A stretch of 64,000 bases of DNA from Candidatus Obscuribacterales bacterium (GTDB lineage: Bacteria; Cyanobacteriota; Vampirovibrionia; Obscuribacterales; Obscuribacteraceae): the NCBI GenBank assembly GCA_965228855.1, contig CBDDIJ010000002.1, positions 2,464,001 to 2,528,000 of the forward strand. The letters run 5' to 3'. A model generated the notes under the pieces. The model saw only the letters and a program-made list of their open reading frames with translations. It had not been told where the DNA came from and made no database searches. This document shows positions 1-9,956 of the stretch, piece by piece. The position numbers and the translations under genes were made by a program. Positions within the stretch are counted from its first letter, which is position 1, and every line of letters starts with the position of its first letter.

Positions 1-990
1 TTCTACATTTGCGTTAGTCTTTTCCTTCTCTGATTCCAATTCTTTCAATTTAATGACAAAGACATTTTCTAAAGTCGGGGTGCTTTCGCGTCCCTCGCTC
101 AGCTCCAAGCCAATATCGTTCAACTGCTGACGAATTTGTCCTTGAGCATCTTCCTTCTCGCTGGACAAAACTTCCAGCCTGTCTCCGAACGGATAGATGT
201 CTCTGATGCTGTCTAAAGATAACTCTTGTACAATCGCAGGCGCCTCGTTCAATTTTTCGCTTGTCTTGATTTGAAAAGTCAGGCGACGCATACCGAGCGC
301 TTCTTGCAGCTCCCGAGGTGGACCTTCGAGCTGAATCTTACCTTCATACATCAACGCGATTCTATTGCATCTTTCCGCTTCATCGAGAAAAGGCGTAGCA
401 ATGATCGCCGTGACTCCATCATGAGACAATGTCGAAAGCGCTTGCCAGAGCTCGCGGCGCGCGATAGGGTCGAGACCAGTGGTCGGTTCATCCAGCAAAA
501 TCAATTTCGGTTTTCCGACCAGGGCGCAGCAAAGAGCGAGCTTTTGCTTCATGCCACCGGAGAGTTTGCTGGCTAGACGGTCTTGAAATTTCAGAAGCCC
601 CATTTTTTCAAGATGAGTCTCTTTGAGCTTTTCGATATCATCTAAATTGACGCCGCGTAATCCTGCCTGGTAAAGGAGATTCTCTTCGACTGAGAGCTCC
701 GGATATAGAGCGGTATTTTGAGGCACGTATCCAATCCAACTTCTGGCGTCTGCTGGGCGTTTCCCCAGAATTTTGGTTTCACCGCTAGTCGGTTCCATGA
801 CCCCAGCCAGTATTCGCAGTGCTGTCGTTTTTCCGGCGCCATCAGGACCGACGAGACCGTATAGGTCCCCTTTCTTAATATCTAGATCCAGCCCTTTAAG
901 AGCCTCGGCGCCCTTCTTATATCGCTTTACCAGAGCGTGGACCGTCACGACGTTCTCGTCAGTATTCGAGCGAGTTTTCGGTTGTGTCAT
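1..990 (-). CDS. ABC transporter ATP-binding protein (YbhF-like), 3' end runs out of the window
   Basis: Read manually, absent from the ORF track because no stop lies in the window. ATG at 990 gives MTQPKTRS...; Walker A GPDGAGKTT, signature LSGGMKQK, Walker B LILLDEPTTGLD. Lies downstream of the HlyD gene. Confidence 0.92.
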   Translation of the reverse strand, partial: MTQPKTRSNTDENVVTVHALVKRYKKGAEALKGLDLDIKKGDLYGLVGPDGAGKTTALRILAGVMEPTSGETKILGKRPADARSWIGYVPQNTALYPELSVEENLLYQAGLRGVNLDDIEKLKETHLEKMGLLKFQDRLASKLSGGMKQKLALCCALVGKPKLILLDEPTTGLDPIARRELWQALSTLSHDGVTAIIATPFLDEAERCNRIALMYEGKIQLEGPPRELQEALGMRRLTFQIKTSEKLNEAPAIVQELSLDSIRDIYPFGDRLEVLSSEKEDAQGQIRQQLNDIGLELSEGRESTPTLENVFVIKLKELESEKEKTNANVE

Positions 991-1050
991 TGTGTTTGTC
1001 ACGCTATATTGCTCCCGGAGTTTTCATCTAGCCACCGTCCATGGTGCCCA

Positions 1051-2046
1051 CTAATGTTCGTGCCGGTCAATTACTTTTATCTTCGCATCGGCACGGACGC
1101 CGGGTTTTGCCTCGCCGCTAGAGTTGTCCAGAGCGATTTTGAGACCGAATGACTGACGCAGCCTATCGGTTTTAAAGTAGACGTTCTGAGGTGTGAAGGA
1201 CGGTCTTGCGTCGATCGCGGTCACTGTTCCTTTGAATGGTTTGTTGTCACCGCCGAGGTAAACATCGGCTTCCGAGCCGATGTTGAATTTCGAGAGGTCC
1301 TTTTCTTCCGCGAAAGCCCGCATATATGCAGACTTAGGATCAACAAGAGTCAACAGCACATTTCCTTTGCCGACAATCTCGCCGACTGATACGCTGCGCA
1401 CAGCTACGATGCCATCAATTGGGCTGGTCAGTTTAAAGTAAGAGACCTTGTTCTTTCCGGAGCTGATGGCTGATTTTGCTTGAGCTGCTGCGCTGCTGGC
1501 CTGGAAAGACATCATCTTCGCCTTGAGCATCTCGCGCTTATAAGCTTCAGCTTTCTTCGCGCGCCCTTCCGGGCTGGTGAATACTCGGCTCCAGAAGCCG
1601 TTTCCTTTCTTACGAGCTTCATTTATGTCCTTTTGAACTACGGCAACCTGGCGATTCGCCTCACTCTTCGCTTTGTTCGCTTGAGAGAGCATACTGCCCG
1701 CGCCTTTTATCTTCTTCTCAAGATTGTCGGAGTCGAGCGTGACTAGCAGCTGTCCTTTCGACACCTTCTCTCCCTCATCCACTAACACTTCGGTGACGCG
1801 TGTGCCGGTAGCCGCCATGATGTGTGTCTCATCAGCCTCTATCCGGCCGCTGACCTCGACCACATTGGGATCCGCGTGCGGATAAGCGAAGAAGGACACT
1901 GCGCATCCAAGCGCTAATAGAAGGATGCAACCGATGACGACCGCCTTAACTGTGCGAGATCCTAGGATTTGTTTCAAGAGAGGAGCGTGGCTCTTCGAGC
2001 GGTTATCTGCTTTTGGCGGTTGGGAAGCTTTTGTTTTCGTTGACAC
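1051..2046 (-). CDS. HlyD/YbhG-family membrane fusion protein (efflux adaptor)
   Basis: N-terminal TM, SGRIEA, lipoyl-like half motifs (EVLVDEGEKVSKGQLL; SPIDGIV), FTPQNV typical of YbhG; next to the ABC ATPase. Confidence 0.9.
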   Translation of the reverse strand: MSTKTKASQPPKADNRSKSHAPLLKQILGSRTVKAVVIGCILLLALGCAVSFFAYPHADPNVVEVSGRIEADETHIMAATGTRVTEVLVDEGEKVSKGQLLVTLDSDNLEKKIKGAGSMLSQANKAKSEANRQVAVVQKDINEARKKGNGFWSRVFTSPEGRAKKAEAYKREMLKAKMMSFQASSAAAQAKSAISSGKNKVSYFKLTSPIDGIVAVRSVSVGEIVGKGNVLLTLVDPKSAYMRAFAEEKDLSKFNIGSEADVYLGGDNKPFKGTVTAIDARPSFTPQNVYFKTDRLRQSFGLKIALDNSSGEAKPGVRADAKIKVIDRHEH

Positions 2047-2260
2047 CGTTCAGCCTCACTTACCTTTTTATAGTGGGTATAGACGACCACCGACGTTCAA
2101 ACTGGCAGCCAGCCGAGTCGGGACGTTTCTTTCGTAGCACCTTTCAAGCTTTCCGAAGCCGGATTCAACTCGAAAATGTTTTCGATAGGAGACAGGCGGT
2201 ATTTTTCAAGAAGTTTGCTATATGGAACGTATCGCACTTGAAACCCCGGAGACCTCTCTC

Positions 2261-3586
2261 ATGGCAAAGCATGTTCTTGTAATTTTCAATCCCGCAGCGA
2301 AATCGCAGATTGCGCCTGAAGAGTGGATTGGTAGGCTCGTTGAGGAACTCAATAAGGATGACGAATACCTTGTCTCCTTCTATCCGACTACAGCGGAGAC
2401 CACACCGCTCCACCTGGTACCGTTGTTCAAGCCGCCGCTGGATCTTGTCATCGCCGCGGGTGGCGATGGGACTGTGAGATTCGCTCTGGCAGCGCTTGCG
2501 CGCGCAAAGTCAGATATTCCTGTTGCCATTTTTCCATTGGGTACCGGAAATGTTCTCGCGCGAAACCTTGGAATTGTCGATGTGAGTTTATTTGCAGATC
2601 CACTTGAACGCGCCTATGAATATGTGAAAAACGGCTCGCCCCGCCGCATGGACATGGGGTTGATGAACGGACATTACTTTGCCGGGATGGCTGGCGTAGG
2701 CCCGCTTTCTGACGCATTCATGACGCCTGAGCGCACGCTTAAAACCAAGTTCAAACTGTTGGCTTATATTGTTGAACTTCTGAAGTCGATTGCGAAACCG
2801 GCACGAACGTTCAAAATCACCAGCGGCGGCAAAGAATTCAAAATTAAAGCCTCAGGAATTTTCATCGGCAACGTTCAGGATCTGGGCATGGGCAGAGATG
2901 TCGAGTTTGAGCAGCTCTCCGATGGATTGCTGGAGCTGCATGCCGTTAATCCGACCAATTTAAAAGAATATGTCGGGTTGGGAGCTCGGTTCGCTTCTGG
3001 TAAAGAAACCGAAGACAACCCCGACCGTGTGGTGCGAATCAAGGAAGCGGTGATTGAACTTGTGCCTCGTCAGGGAGTCAGGTCAAAGTTTCAAAAAGCA
3101 GCTCATAAACTAGTTCGCATGCTCACAGGTGAGCCACAGGAAGCTCCGGGGCGCGCTGATCAGCTCCCTTGCATGATTGATGGCGAGGAAGCTGGTGTCA
3201 CTCCTATGACAGTGAGCGTGATACCACATGCGGTGAACGTTTGGGTTCCAAATTTTGATTCGGAGGGCAATCCCATAATGGGAAAGTCGAGGTCGTCAAC
3301 GGAAAAAGAGCAGCCGGTCAAGTTGATAGCCGAGCTGTCTAATACTCAAGCCGCTCGGGTGCTCGGAATCGATGCCACTAGAACGTCTGATGCAAGGAAA
3401 ACCGAAGCAGCTGAAGGCTCTGAAACTGTTGAAGTTGACGAGGAAACGCAACTGACTGACAGTTCGAAAGAAACGGTTAAGCCGCATCTGACCGAAGGTG
3501 CTCATACTCCTGTTCCAGGGGAAGTTCAGGCTGTGATCATCGAGGTGGCGACCGCGCCGGTTGACCGGAACTCTAACGTAGCTTAG
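2261..3586 (+). CDS. Diacylglycerol/lipid kinase family protein (YegS/BmrU-like) with acidic disordered C-terminal tail
   Basis: FNPAA, AAGGDGT, PLGTGN and IDGE motifs; start moved to ATG 2261 (MAKHVLVIFNP). Confidence 0.9.
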   Translation: MAKHVLVIFNPAAKSQIAPEEWIGRLVEELNKDDEYLVSFYPTTAETTPLHLVPLFKPPLDLVIAAGGDGTVRFALAALARAKSDIPVAIFPLGTGNVLARNLGIVDVSLFADPLERAYEYVKNGSPRRMDMGLMNGHYFAGMAGVGPLSDAFMTPERTLKTKFKLLAYIVELLKSIAKPARTFKITSGGKEFKIKASGIFIGNVQDLGMGRDVEFEQLSDGLLELHAVNPTNLKEYVGLGARFASGKETEDNPDRVVRIKEAVIELVPRQGVRSKFQKAAHKLVRMLTGEPQEAPGRADQLPCMIDGEEAGVTPMTVSVIPHAVNVWVPNFDSEGNPIMGKSRSSTEKEQPVKLIAELSNTQAARVLGIDATRTSDARKTEAAEGSETVEVDEETQLTDSSKETVKPHLTEGAHTPVPGEVQAVIIEVATAPVDRNSNVA

Positions 3587-3682
3587 TCGAATCTGGTTCA
3601 AGCACTATAAAACTATCATTAGATCTTCCATAGAACGCGGTGGACATACTTTAGAGTATGAGTGCATTCGTTGGAGTTTTAT

Positions 3683-5392
3683 ATGCAAATTTTCAAGCCA
3701 GTCAAGACAAACGACAGTCTTTTCAACAAACACGAGTCTGTGCTCAAAGACGCCACTGAAGCGGTGCATAAGCGCGTACACTACACGCCATTCCCCGAGA
3801 TGCCGTCGCCAAAGGAGTATGGGGAAACTGCCGAAGCTGACCAGAAGAGCAAATTCGAAGCTCAGCTCAACGGCAAATTCGATCGCCTGAAACAGAGTTC
3901 AGATACCTGGCTGACAAGTGACGAGGAAAGTCCGTACACTTCGAAGGCTCTCGGATTGAGCTATCCGGCGTTCTCGGACGTTGAGTCCTACATCAAGGCT
4001 GCTGACAAGGCGAGCCAAGATTGGAAGAGAACAGATGCCAAGACTAGAGCCGGCATCTTAATTGAAAGCCTGTATCGATTGAAGGCGAATTTCTTCGAAC
4101 TGGCTTTTGCCACGATGCATACAACTGGACAAGCTTTCTTGATGAGCTTCCAGGCCAGCGGTCCTCACGCTGCCGACCGCGCGCTCGAAGCCATTGCCAT
4201 CGGATATCAGGAATTGACGCGCTTCCCGGACCACATCAGTTGGGAAAAGAGCGCCGGAAAGTTCAATCTCAAACTTGAGAAATACGGGATTAACGTTGGA
4301 CGCGGATTGGGTCTGGCAATTGGCTGCAGTACCTTTCCTACCTGGAATACACTCCCCGGGCTGTATGGTTCATTGATTGCCGGAAACGCAGTTATTGTGA
4401 AGCCGCACCCGAAGGCAATCTACCCGATCGCTATCGTGATTGGAATGATTCAGGACGTTTTGAGCGAAAACGGTTTCGATCCAAACTTGGTTATGCTCGC
4501 CGTGGATAAAGCAGACAAACAGATCACGAAAGAGCTAGCTGAAAATCCTTCGATCCGTATTATCGATTTTACCGGCAGCAACACATTCGGTAGTTACGTC
4601 GAAAGCTTGCCTAACAAAATCGTGTTCACAGAGAAGGCCGGTATCAACAGCGTAATCATTGATAGCGTTGACGATCTTGAAGCAGTGGCGAAGAACATCG
4701 CGTTCAGTATCAGCCTCTACAGCGGACAAATGTGCACGGCTCCTCAGAACATTTATGTCCCCGAATCCGGTATCAAAACCAAGGATGGTGTCAAATCTCT
4801 CGCCGAGGTAGAGAATGCTATCGTTGAGGCGACGAAAGGTCTGGTTGAGCATCCGAAAGCAGGTTTTGCCGTTGCTGGAGCGATTCAAAGCAAAGACACC
4901 GTCGAGCGTATCAAGAAAGCTGGTGAACTTGGCGGCAAGATTTTGCTGGAGAGCAAGCCGATTGTTAATCCTGAGTTCGCTGACGCGCGCACTGGCAGCC
5001 CGATCATTATTGAAGTCAGCAAGGACAAACGTGATCTGATTAAGGGTGAGATGTTTGGACCGATCGTGTTCATCGTGCCCACAAAGGATACTGCAGAGAG
5101 TATTGAGCTGGCAGCGAGTGGTGCGCGCGAACATGGTGCCATTAGCTGTGGTGCTTACACAAAGGACCCAGCGATTATGGAACAAATCGCGCTGCAGATG
5201 GCAGAAGCCGGTACACCGGTTTCATTCAATCTGACAGGCATGGTGTACGTTAATCAGAACTCTGGCTTCTCGGATTTCCATGTGACTGGTGGCAACCCTG
5301 CCGGCAATGCATCGTTCACTAACCCGGAGTTCATCGTGAAGAGATTCATTCGCGTTCAATCGCGGGTTGAGGGCGATGCTCTCTCCAACTAG
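3683..5392 (+). CDS. paaN: Phenylacetic acid degradation protein PaaN-like aldehyde dehydrogenase
   Basis: MHTTGQAFLMSFQASGPHAADR, GCSTFPTWN, YSGQMCTAPQN (catalytic Cys), EMFGP and SDFHVTGGNPAGNAS match the PaaN subfamily; GGAG RBS before ATG 3683. Confidence 0.85.
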   Translation: MQIFKPVKTNDSLFNKHESVLKDATEAVHKRVHYTPFPEMPSPKEYGETAEADQKSKFEAQLNGKFDRLKQSSDTWLTSDEESPYTSKALGLSYPAFSDVESYIKAADKASQDWKRTDAKTRAGILIESLYRLKANFFELAFATMHTTGQAFLMSFQASGPHAADRALEAIAIGYQELTRFPDHISWEKSAGKFNLKLEKYGINVGRGLGLAIGCSTFPTWNTLPGLYGSLIAGNAVIVKPHPKAIYPIAIVIGMIQDVLSENGFDPNLVMLAVDKADKQITKELAENPSIRIIDFTGSNTFGSYVESLPNKIVFTEKAGINSVIIDSVDDLEAVAKNIAFSISLYSGQMCTAPQNIYVPESGIKTKDGVKSLAEVENAIVEATKGLVEHPKAGFAVAGAIQSKDTVERIKKAGELGGKILLESKPIVNPEFADARTGSPIIIEVSKDKRDLIKGEMFGPIVFIVPTKDTAESIELAASGAREHGAISCGAYTKDPAIMEQIALQMAEAGTPVSFNLTGMVYVNQNSGFSDFHVTGGNPAGNASFTNPEFIVKRFIRVQSRVEGDALSN

Positions 5393-5455
5393 GTACGACA
5401 TATCACGCATCCACTGAGGGGCGCGTTAACTACTTTCGTCCTGCTCTGGCTGCGG

Positions 5456-6709
5456 CTAAGGCAGGACGATTCTTTCTAGTTGTTCTGACGAGTTATCTCC
5501 AGGCTGTGGCGCGGGAGAGCTTTTGGGCGAGTGCTGAGAGATTGGAAACACGTCGCTGTCGGTGAAGATGTTTCGAGATTCTCTCTGGGGCGCGGGTGCT
5601 GATTGTGTGGCTAGATTCGAATGGGAGCGCGCGGGTGTCCTCGCCGCATCTTCTTGCAATTGGAAAATAGACTGAAGCAGTTTGTTTGGCTTCGTTTCCT
5701 TTGTCGCGCTGGTAGGTTCTGCTGGTGGTGGTTTCTCAATCGAGTTCATCGAGGGCGGCTTTGTGATCGGCTTATCCACTGCTTTGTCAGAAGCCTTCGG
5801 TAGTGACTTCGCTTTTGCTTTATCTGATGGTGATAATTGTTCTGAAGACTCGCGCACACTCTGGGGTGGCATACCCGGTACCGTATATGGGGCGTAGCCG
5901 AACATCTGCATCTGATTCAATGGAAATGCCATCGTGGGTGGTGGCGGAGGAACCAGCACCGTCCGAGATGTTTTGGAGCTTCTAGGAAGTCTCGATGATG
6001 GAGAGGCAGAGACGGGTTCTGAATTCTCCCGGTTCCTACTCATTTTACGCCTGGCGTGCTTCGATGACTTAGACTTTTGTGAAGAAAACGGACTAGCCTG
6101 TTTTCCTGTCTTCGTAGTACCACCGATTTCCCTTGAAGTTGTTGACGAAATCCCTCTCTTTGTAGTTTCGCCGGCTTGCGGTTTCAGCAACTTCACTGCG
6201 GACGGAGCGATCGCGGGAGGCATTGCAGCAATAATCTTTGCTGCTGCCCGCTCGAAACCTCCCGGCACAAAGTAGAAAAAGCTGCCGAGTGTGATGGCGC
6301 AGATACCGCCGAAGACAAGCGCTAGCCTCCATGATTGGTCGGGCGCGCGGTGAGTTTCATACCGCTCTGGGTCGTAAGTGTAGATCGGGGGCTCAGGTCT
6401 TGCGGCTTTCCGCGCCATTCCGGGCATAAAACTCGCAGGCACCAGGTTTTCATTGAAAAAGCTCATTGAGAGCCTCACGTTTGTTCCGTCCGAAAGCCTG
6501 AGCGCCAGGTCGGAGACAGACGCGAGCTCGTCTTCTTCCATCGGCACCTCGGTTTGGGCCGCGAGGCAAACAACTTTGTTTGTCCGAGGGTGGACGATTC
6601 GCTTTGCTAGTGAGACTTGAACCGTGGGTGCTAAGTATGTTCCGACTGGTTCTACCGTCACTGCACGGCTTTCTTCCTCGGTTGCGGGAATGAGTTCTGT
6701 TCCTTTCAT
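5456..6709 (-). CDS. Hypothetical single-pass membrane protein, Pro/Ser/Lys-rich C-terminal region
   Basis: 417-aa ORF, one TM (LALVFGGICAITLGSFFYFV), low-complexity tail. Confidence 0.7.
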   Translation of the reverse strand: MKGTELIPATEEESRAVTVEPVGTYLAPTVQVSLAKRIVHPRTNKVVCLAAQTEVPMEEDELASVSDLALRLSDGTNVRLSMSFFNENLVPASFMPGMARKAARPEPPIYTYDPERYETHRAPDQSWRLALVFGGICAITLGSFFYFVPGGFERAAAKIIAAMPPAIAPSAVKLLKPQAGETTKRGISSTTSREIGGTTKTGKQASPFSSQKSKSSKHARRKMSRNRENSEPVSASPSSRLPRSSKTSRTVLVPPPPPTMAFPLNQMQMFGYAPYTVPGMPPQSVRESSEQLSPSDKAKAKSLPKASDKAVDKPITKPPSMNSIEKPPPAEPTSATKETKPNKLLQSIFQLQEDAARTPARSHSNLATQSAPAPQRESRNIFTDSDVFPISQHSPKSSPAPQPGDNSSEQLERIVLP

Positions 6710-6987
6710 TTTGCGCGAGACCCGAAATCTTGCTAACGACGCCTTTTTTTCGATATTGGATAGTGATCTATATACCGCGGAGTCTTTTCTTTCTAACTCC
6801 TGGAGCGGTTTTTCGTTAATCGAAAGAATCTAATCCTTCGAGTATATTTCAAAGAGGCGCATCCAATCTCTGTTGTCGGGAACGAGATCGCTTCGAGTTC
6901 GGAAGGAAATTTTACCGATTTCGAAGCAGTTGCTATGGCCTTCTAGTGGGTATGAAACAATTGCATTATCTAAGGATGGAGTCGACA

Positions 6988-7374
6988 ATGTCAGTCACGC
7001 TTACAGTGTGCGAGAAAAGTCCAGGTGGACCGCCTGCCGAAGAGTATTCACTCGAGCTCAAAGAAGAGCGAATCACAGTGCGCGATTTGATTCAAAACAT
7101 TGTCTTTCATCAAGTTTATAAACTGAATACTGCCGCGCGAGATTGGAATCGTATGGCGGATGCCAGAGAGCAATTGCTGAATTCTAAGCCTGCCGGCCAG
7201 GGACGTACGATAGATTGGGTTCCGAAGTTCGAGCAGGCTCTCAAGGCGTTTGAAAATAATCAGATCGTTCTTCTCGTTGATGACACTCAGGTCGAGGAGC
7301 TTAACGAATTCGTTGATTTGACTCCGAAGACAAAGGTAACTTTTTTGAAACTTGTTCCGCTAGTTGGGGGCTAA
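6988..7374 (+). CDS. Ubiquitin/MoaD/ThiS-like beta-grasp protein with C-terminal GG and a helical insertion
   Basis: GGAG RBS, ATG 6988; TVRDLI helix motif; C-terminus LLVDDTQVEELNEFVDLTPKTKVTFLKLVPLVGG-stop resembles MoaD/SAMP/Urm1 C-termini. Confidence 0.7.
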   Translation: MSVTLTVCEKSPGGPPAEEYSLELKEERITVRDLIQNIVFHQVYKLNTAARDWNRMADAREQLLNSKPAGQGRTIDWVPKFEQALKAFENNQIVLLVDDTQVEELNEFVDLTPKTKVTFLKLVPLVGG

Positions 7375-7375
7375 G

Positions 7376-9862
7376 ATGTCGCTTTTCAAAAAGCTTGTGG
7401 ATGTGTTTTCCGGAGAGAACACCGAATCCGGTGGCGGACTGAAATTGTCTGCAGAGTCAAAAATGTTGTTTGATGCCTACCTCAACGAAGCATTCAACAT
7501 GAACGCTTATGACATGACGGCCGCAAACAGTTTGGCCGCGAAGGAAATCAGCGAAGCTGCCCCTGAACTGCAAATGGAGATTCTCAAAGAATCGATGCGC
7601 AGGCATAACGAAGCACACTCTTATAGCGATCACATCACGTTGAAGCAGTTGGAAGAGATGCTTCTTCGTAAACACTTGAAATACTCGGAGGAGGACATTC
7701 TAACGATTTTCGCAATAGCAGGCAGTGCCAAGAAAAGCAGTTGGAGTTCTCCTCATAGCGCATGGCTTGCTGGGATTGCTGAGCGTTATTCGAAGGAAAA
7801 CCAGCTGTCCGATGACGTCAAATTGGCATTTCAGTCGCTTGTAGATCGCTTGATAGCTGAGTCGAATGACGCGAGCACTCGAAAACTAGTTCGAGCGTTG
7901 ACCGTTTTATTAAGTGATGCGGGCGAGAATGCCGTGCCGTTTGCCGTGAACGGCTACGAGGCTTGGGGAGCAAAAGCTATAGCTGACGTTCGAGCGCTGC
8001 CGGATGAACCACTGTTGAACTGGAAACGTCTTTTAGAGTATGCCACTACTTGCAGTGGCAGCACGCCATCAAAAAGGTGGCAAGATGGTGCCCTCAAGTA
8101 CTTACAAAAAGTTGACCAGGAAGTTTTTGTGAACTTCATAGACAGCTGGTTCTCGCTTGTTGGAACTAGAGGGACCTATCCTGAAAAACAGAGAGACCGT
8201 TACTCGATAGATCCTAACGAAACGCTGACCTCAGAAAGTGCGGATTTGCTAAAAGGTCTGGCGTGGATATCTATTCAAGTAGATGATCCGCGTCTGGCGC
8301 GCGCACTCGGCGATGCTGCCAACGCTAGTTTTAAGAAAGTCGTTAACGTCGGACCACGTTGTCCGAAACTTGGGAATGCGTGTGTCGGTGCCCTGAGTAA
8401 CTTGAAATCGAAAGAGGCGATTGCGCAATTGGGTCGTTTGAAGTCCAGCGTGAAACACGCCTCCACTCGCAATACAATCGAGAAGGCTTTGAACAACGCC
8501 GCGACCAGAGCTGGTATGTCAGTGCAAGACCTCGAGGAATTGAACGTTCCCGATTACGGTTTCATGGAGGTTGGAAAGTTTGTACAAAACTTCGAAGCCC
8601 ACCGCGCTGAGATCGTGATTGATGGTTCCAGCGTCTCATTGCATTGGTTCGATGTCACCAATAAGGAACACAAGTCAGTTCCAGCCAAGGTGAAATCCGA
8701 CCATCCGGCCGAGGTGAAGGCACTTAAAAAGACACTGGACGATGTCGAAAAACAGCTCTCTGCGATTCGCTACAGAATAGAGACCAGTCTGATACGGCAG
8801 CGACATTGGGCGTTCAAGGATTTGAAGGAGCGCTACCTGGAGCATCCGATCGCGGCTGCGATAGCGCGCCGCCTAATTTGGCGAGTCAATGGAAAATCAG
8901 CGATTTATCTCGATGGCGAAATGGTCGATGTGCAAAGTTGTCGCGTGGAAACACCTGATAATGCAATTGTGGAACTCTGGCATCCGGTTGCGTCTGAAGC
9001 TGAAGAGGTGCTTGCCTGGCGGATGTTCTTGCGCGGTCATGAAATCACTCAACCGTTCAAGCAGGCTCATCGCGAAATATATGTCCTTACTCCTGCTGAA
9101 ATCGAGACGGACACGTATTCGAATCGTTTCGCCGCGCATGTTTTGAAACAGCATCAATTCAATCAACTCTGCCAACAGCGGGGCTGGAAGTATCGTCTTC
9201 AGGGGGCCTGGGATAGTTACAACACACCATACCTTGAGTTGCCGCAATGGGATTTGATCGCGGAGTTTTTCGTTGAACCGGTAACAGATGAGGCGTCGGC
9301 AACCGGAATATTCACGCACTGCGTTTCCGACCAATTAAGATTTAGAAGGTCGAACGGTGAATCGGTATCGCTTGTTGAAGTAATGCCTATCGTGTTAACG
9401 GAAGTGATGCGCGACCTCGATTTGTTTGTCGGGGTTTGCAGCATCGGAAACGATCCAACCTGGATCGACGCCGGAGACACTCACCACGGTTACTGGCATG
9501 CCTTTTCATTTGGTGACCTTTCTGCGTCCGCGGAAACGCGCAAGGACGTTCTAAAAGAGATTTTACCAGCTCTGAAGATCAAGGCGAGGTGCCGGATAGA
9601 AGGAAAGTTTTTGATTGTGCAGGGCGATATTCGAACATACAAGATTCACCTTGGAAGCGGCAATATCTTGATGGAACCGAACGATCAGTATCTCTGCATC
9701 GTTCCCGAGCGTGGTGGCAAAAGCAGTGGCACTTCAAAAATCTACCTTCCCTTTGAAGGCGATGGAGTTTTGTCCGTGATTCTAAGCAAGGCTATGATGC
9801 TAGCAAATGACTCGAAAATCACGGATCCAACTATCGTGCGTCAGATCAATTTTAGAACCTAG
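7376..9862 (+). CDS. DUF4132 domain-containing protein
   Basis: LEELNVPDYG, YLEHP...ARRLIW, LWHP, QPFKQAHREIY, EVMRDLDLFV and a conserved-looking tail RTYKIHLGSGNILMEPNDQYLCIVP...LPFEGD; ATG 1 nt after the upstream stop. Confidence 0.88.
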   Translation: MSLFKKLVDVFSGENTESGGGLKLSAESKMLFDAYLNEAFNMNAYDMTAANSLAAKEISEAAPELQMEILKESMRRHNEAHSYSDHITLKQLEEMLLRKHLKYSEEDILTIFAIAGSAKKSSWSSPHSAWLAGIAERYSKENQLSDDVKLAFQSLVDRLIAESNDASTRKLVRALTVLLSDAGENAVPFAVNGYEAWGAKAIADVRALPDEPLLNWKRLLEYATTCSGSTPSKRWQDGALKYLQKVDQEVFVNFIDSWFSLVGTRGTYPEKQRDRYSIDPNETLTSESADLLKGLAWISIQVDDPRLARALGDAANASFKKVVNVGPRCPKLGNACVGALSNLKSKEAIAQLGRLKSSVKHASTRNTIEKALNNAATRAGMSVQDLEELNVPDYGFMEVGKFVQNFEAHRAEIVIDGSSVSLHWFDVTNKEHKSVPAKVKSDHPAEVKALKKTLDDVEKQLSAIRYRIETSLIRQRHWAFKDLKERYLEHPIAAAIARRLIWRVNGKSAIYLDGEMVDVQSCRVETPDNAIVELWHPVASEAEEVLAWRMFLRGHEITQPFKQAHREIYVLTPAEIETDTYSNRFAAHVLKQHQFNQLCQQRGWKYRLQGAWDSYNTPYLELPQWDLIAEFFVEPVTDEASATGIFTHCVSDQLRFRRSNGESVSLVEVMPIVLTEVMRDLDLFVGVCSIGNDPTWIDAGDTHHGYWHAFSFGDLSASAETRKDVLKEILPALKIKARCRIEGKFLIVQGDIRTYKIHLGSGNILMEPNDQYLCIVPERGGKSSGTSKIYLPFEGDGVLSVILSKAMMLANDSKITDPTIVRQINFRT

Positions 9863-9956
9863 ACGGCAATCGAGCAGAGTGCGTTCATAGCACGTTCACC
9901 ACGCGGTGCTAAAGTTGGAAACGTCAGCCTCAGCACTCCGTGTGAATGTCATTCAA

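Noticed and set aside
226..576. 116-aa plus-strand ORF
   Set aside because: Antisense shadow of the ABC ATPase gene on the minus strand.
4535..5185. 216-aa minus-strand ORF (and similar ones at 12985-13662, 33140-33679, 34319-35029)
   Set aside because: Antisense to well-supported genes, with no RBS or family motifs.
6988..7374. Ordinary MoaD serving the molybdoenzyme at 32456-36308
   Set aside because: Too long (large insertion), no moaE or moeB nearby, and coupled to DUF4132; considered less likely but not excluded.
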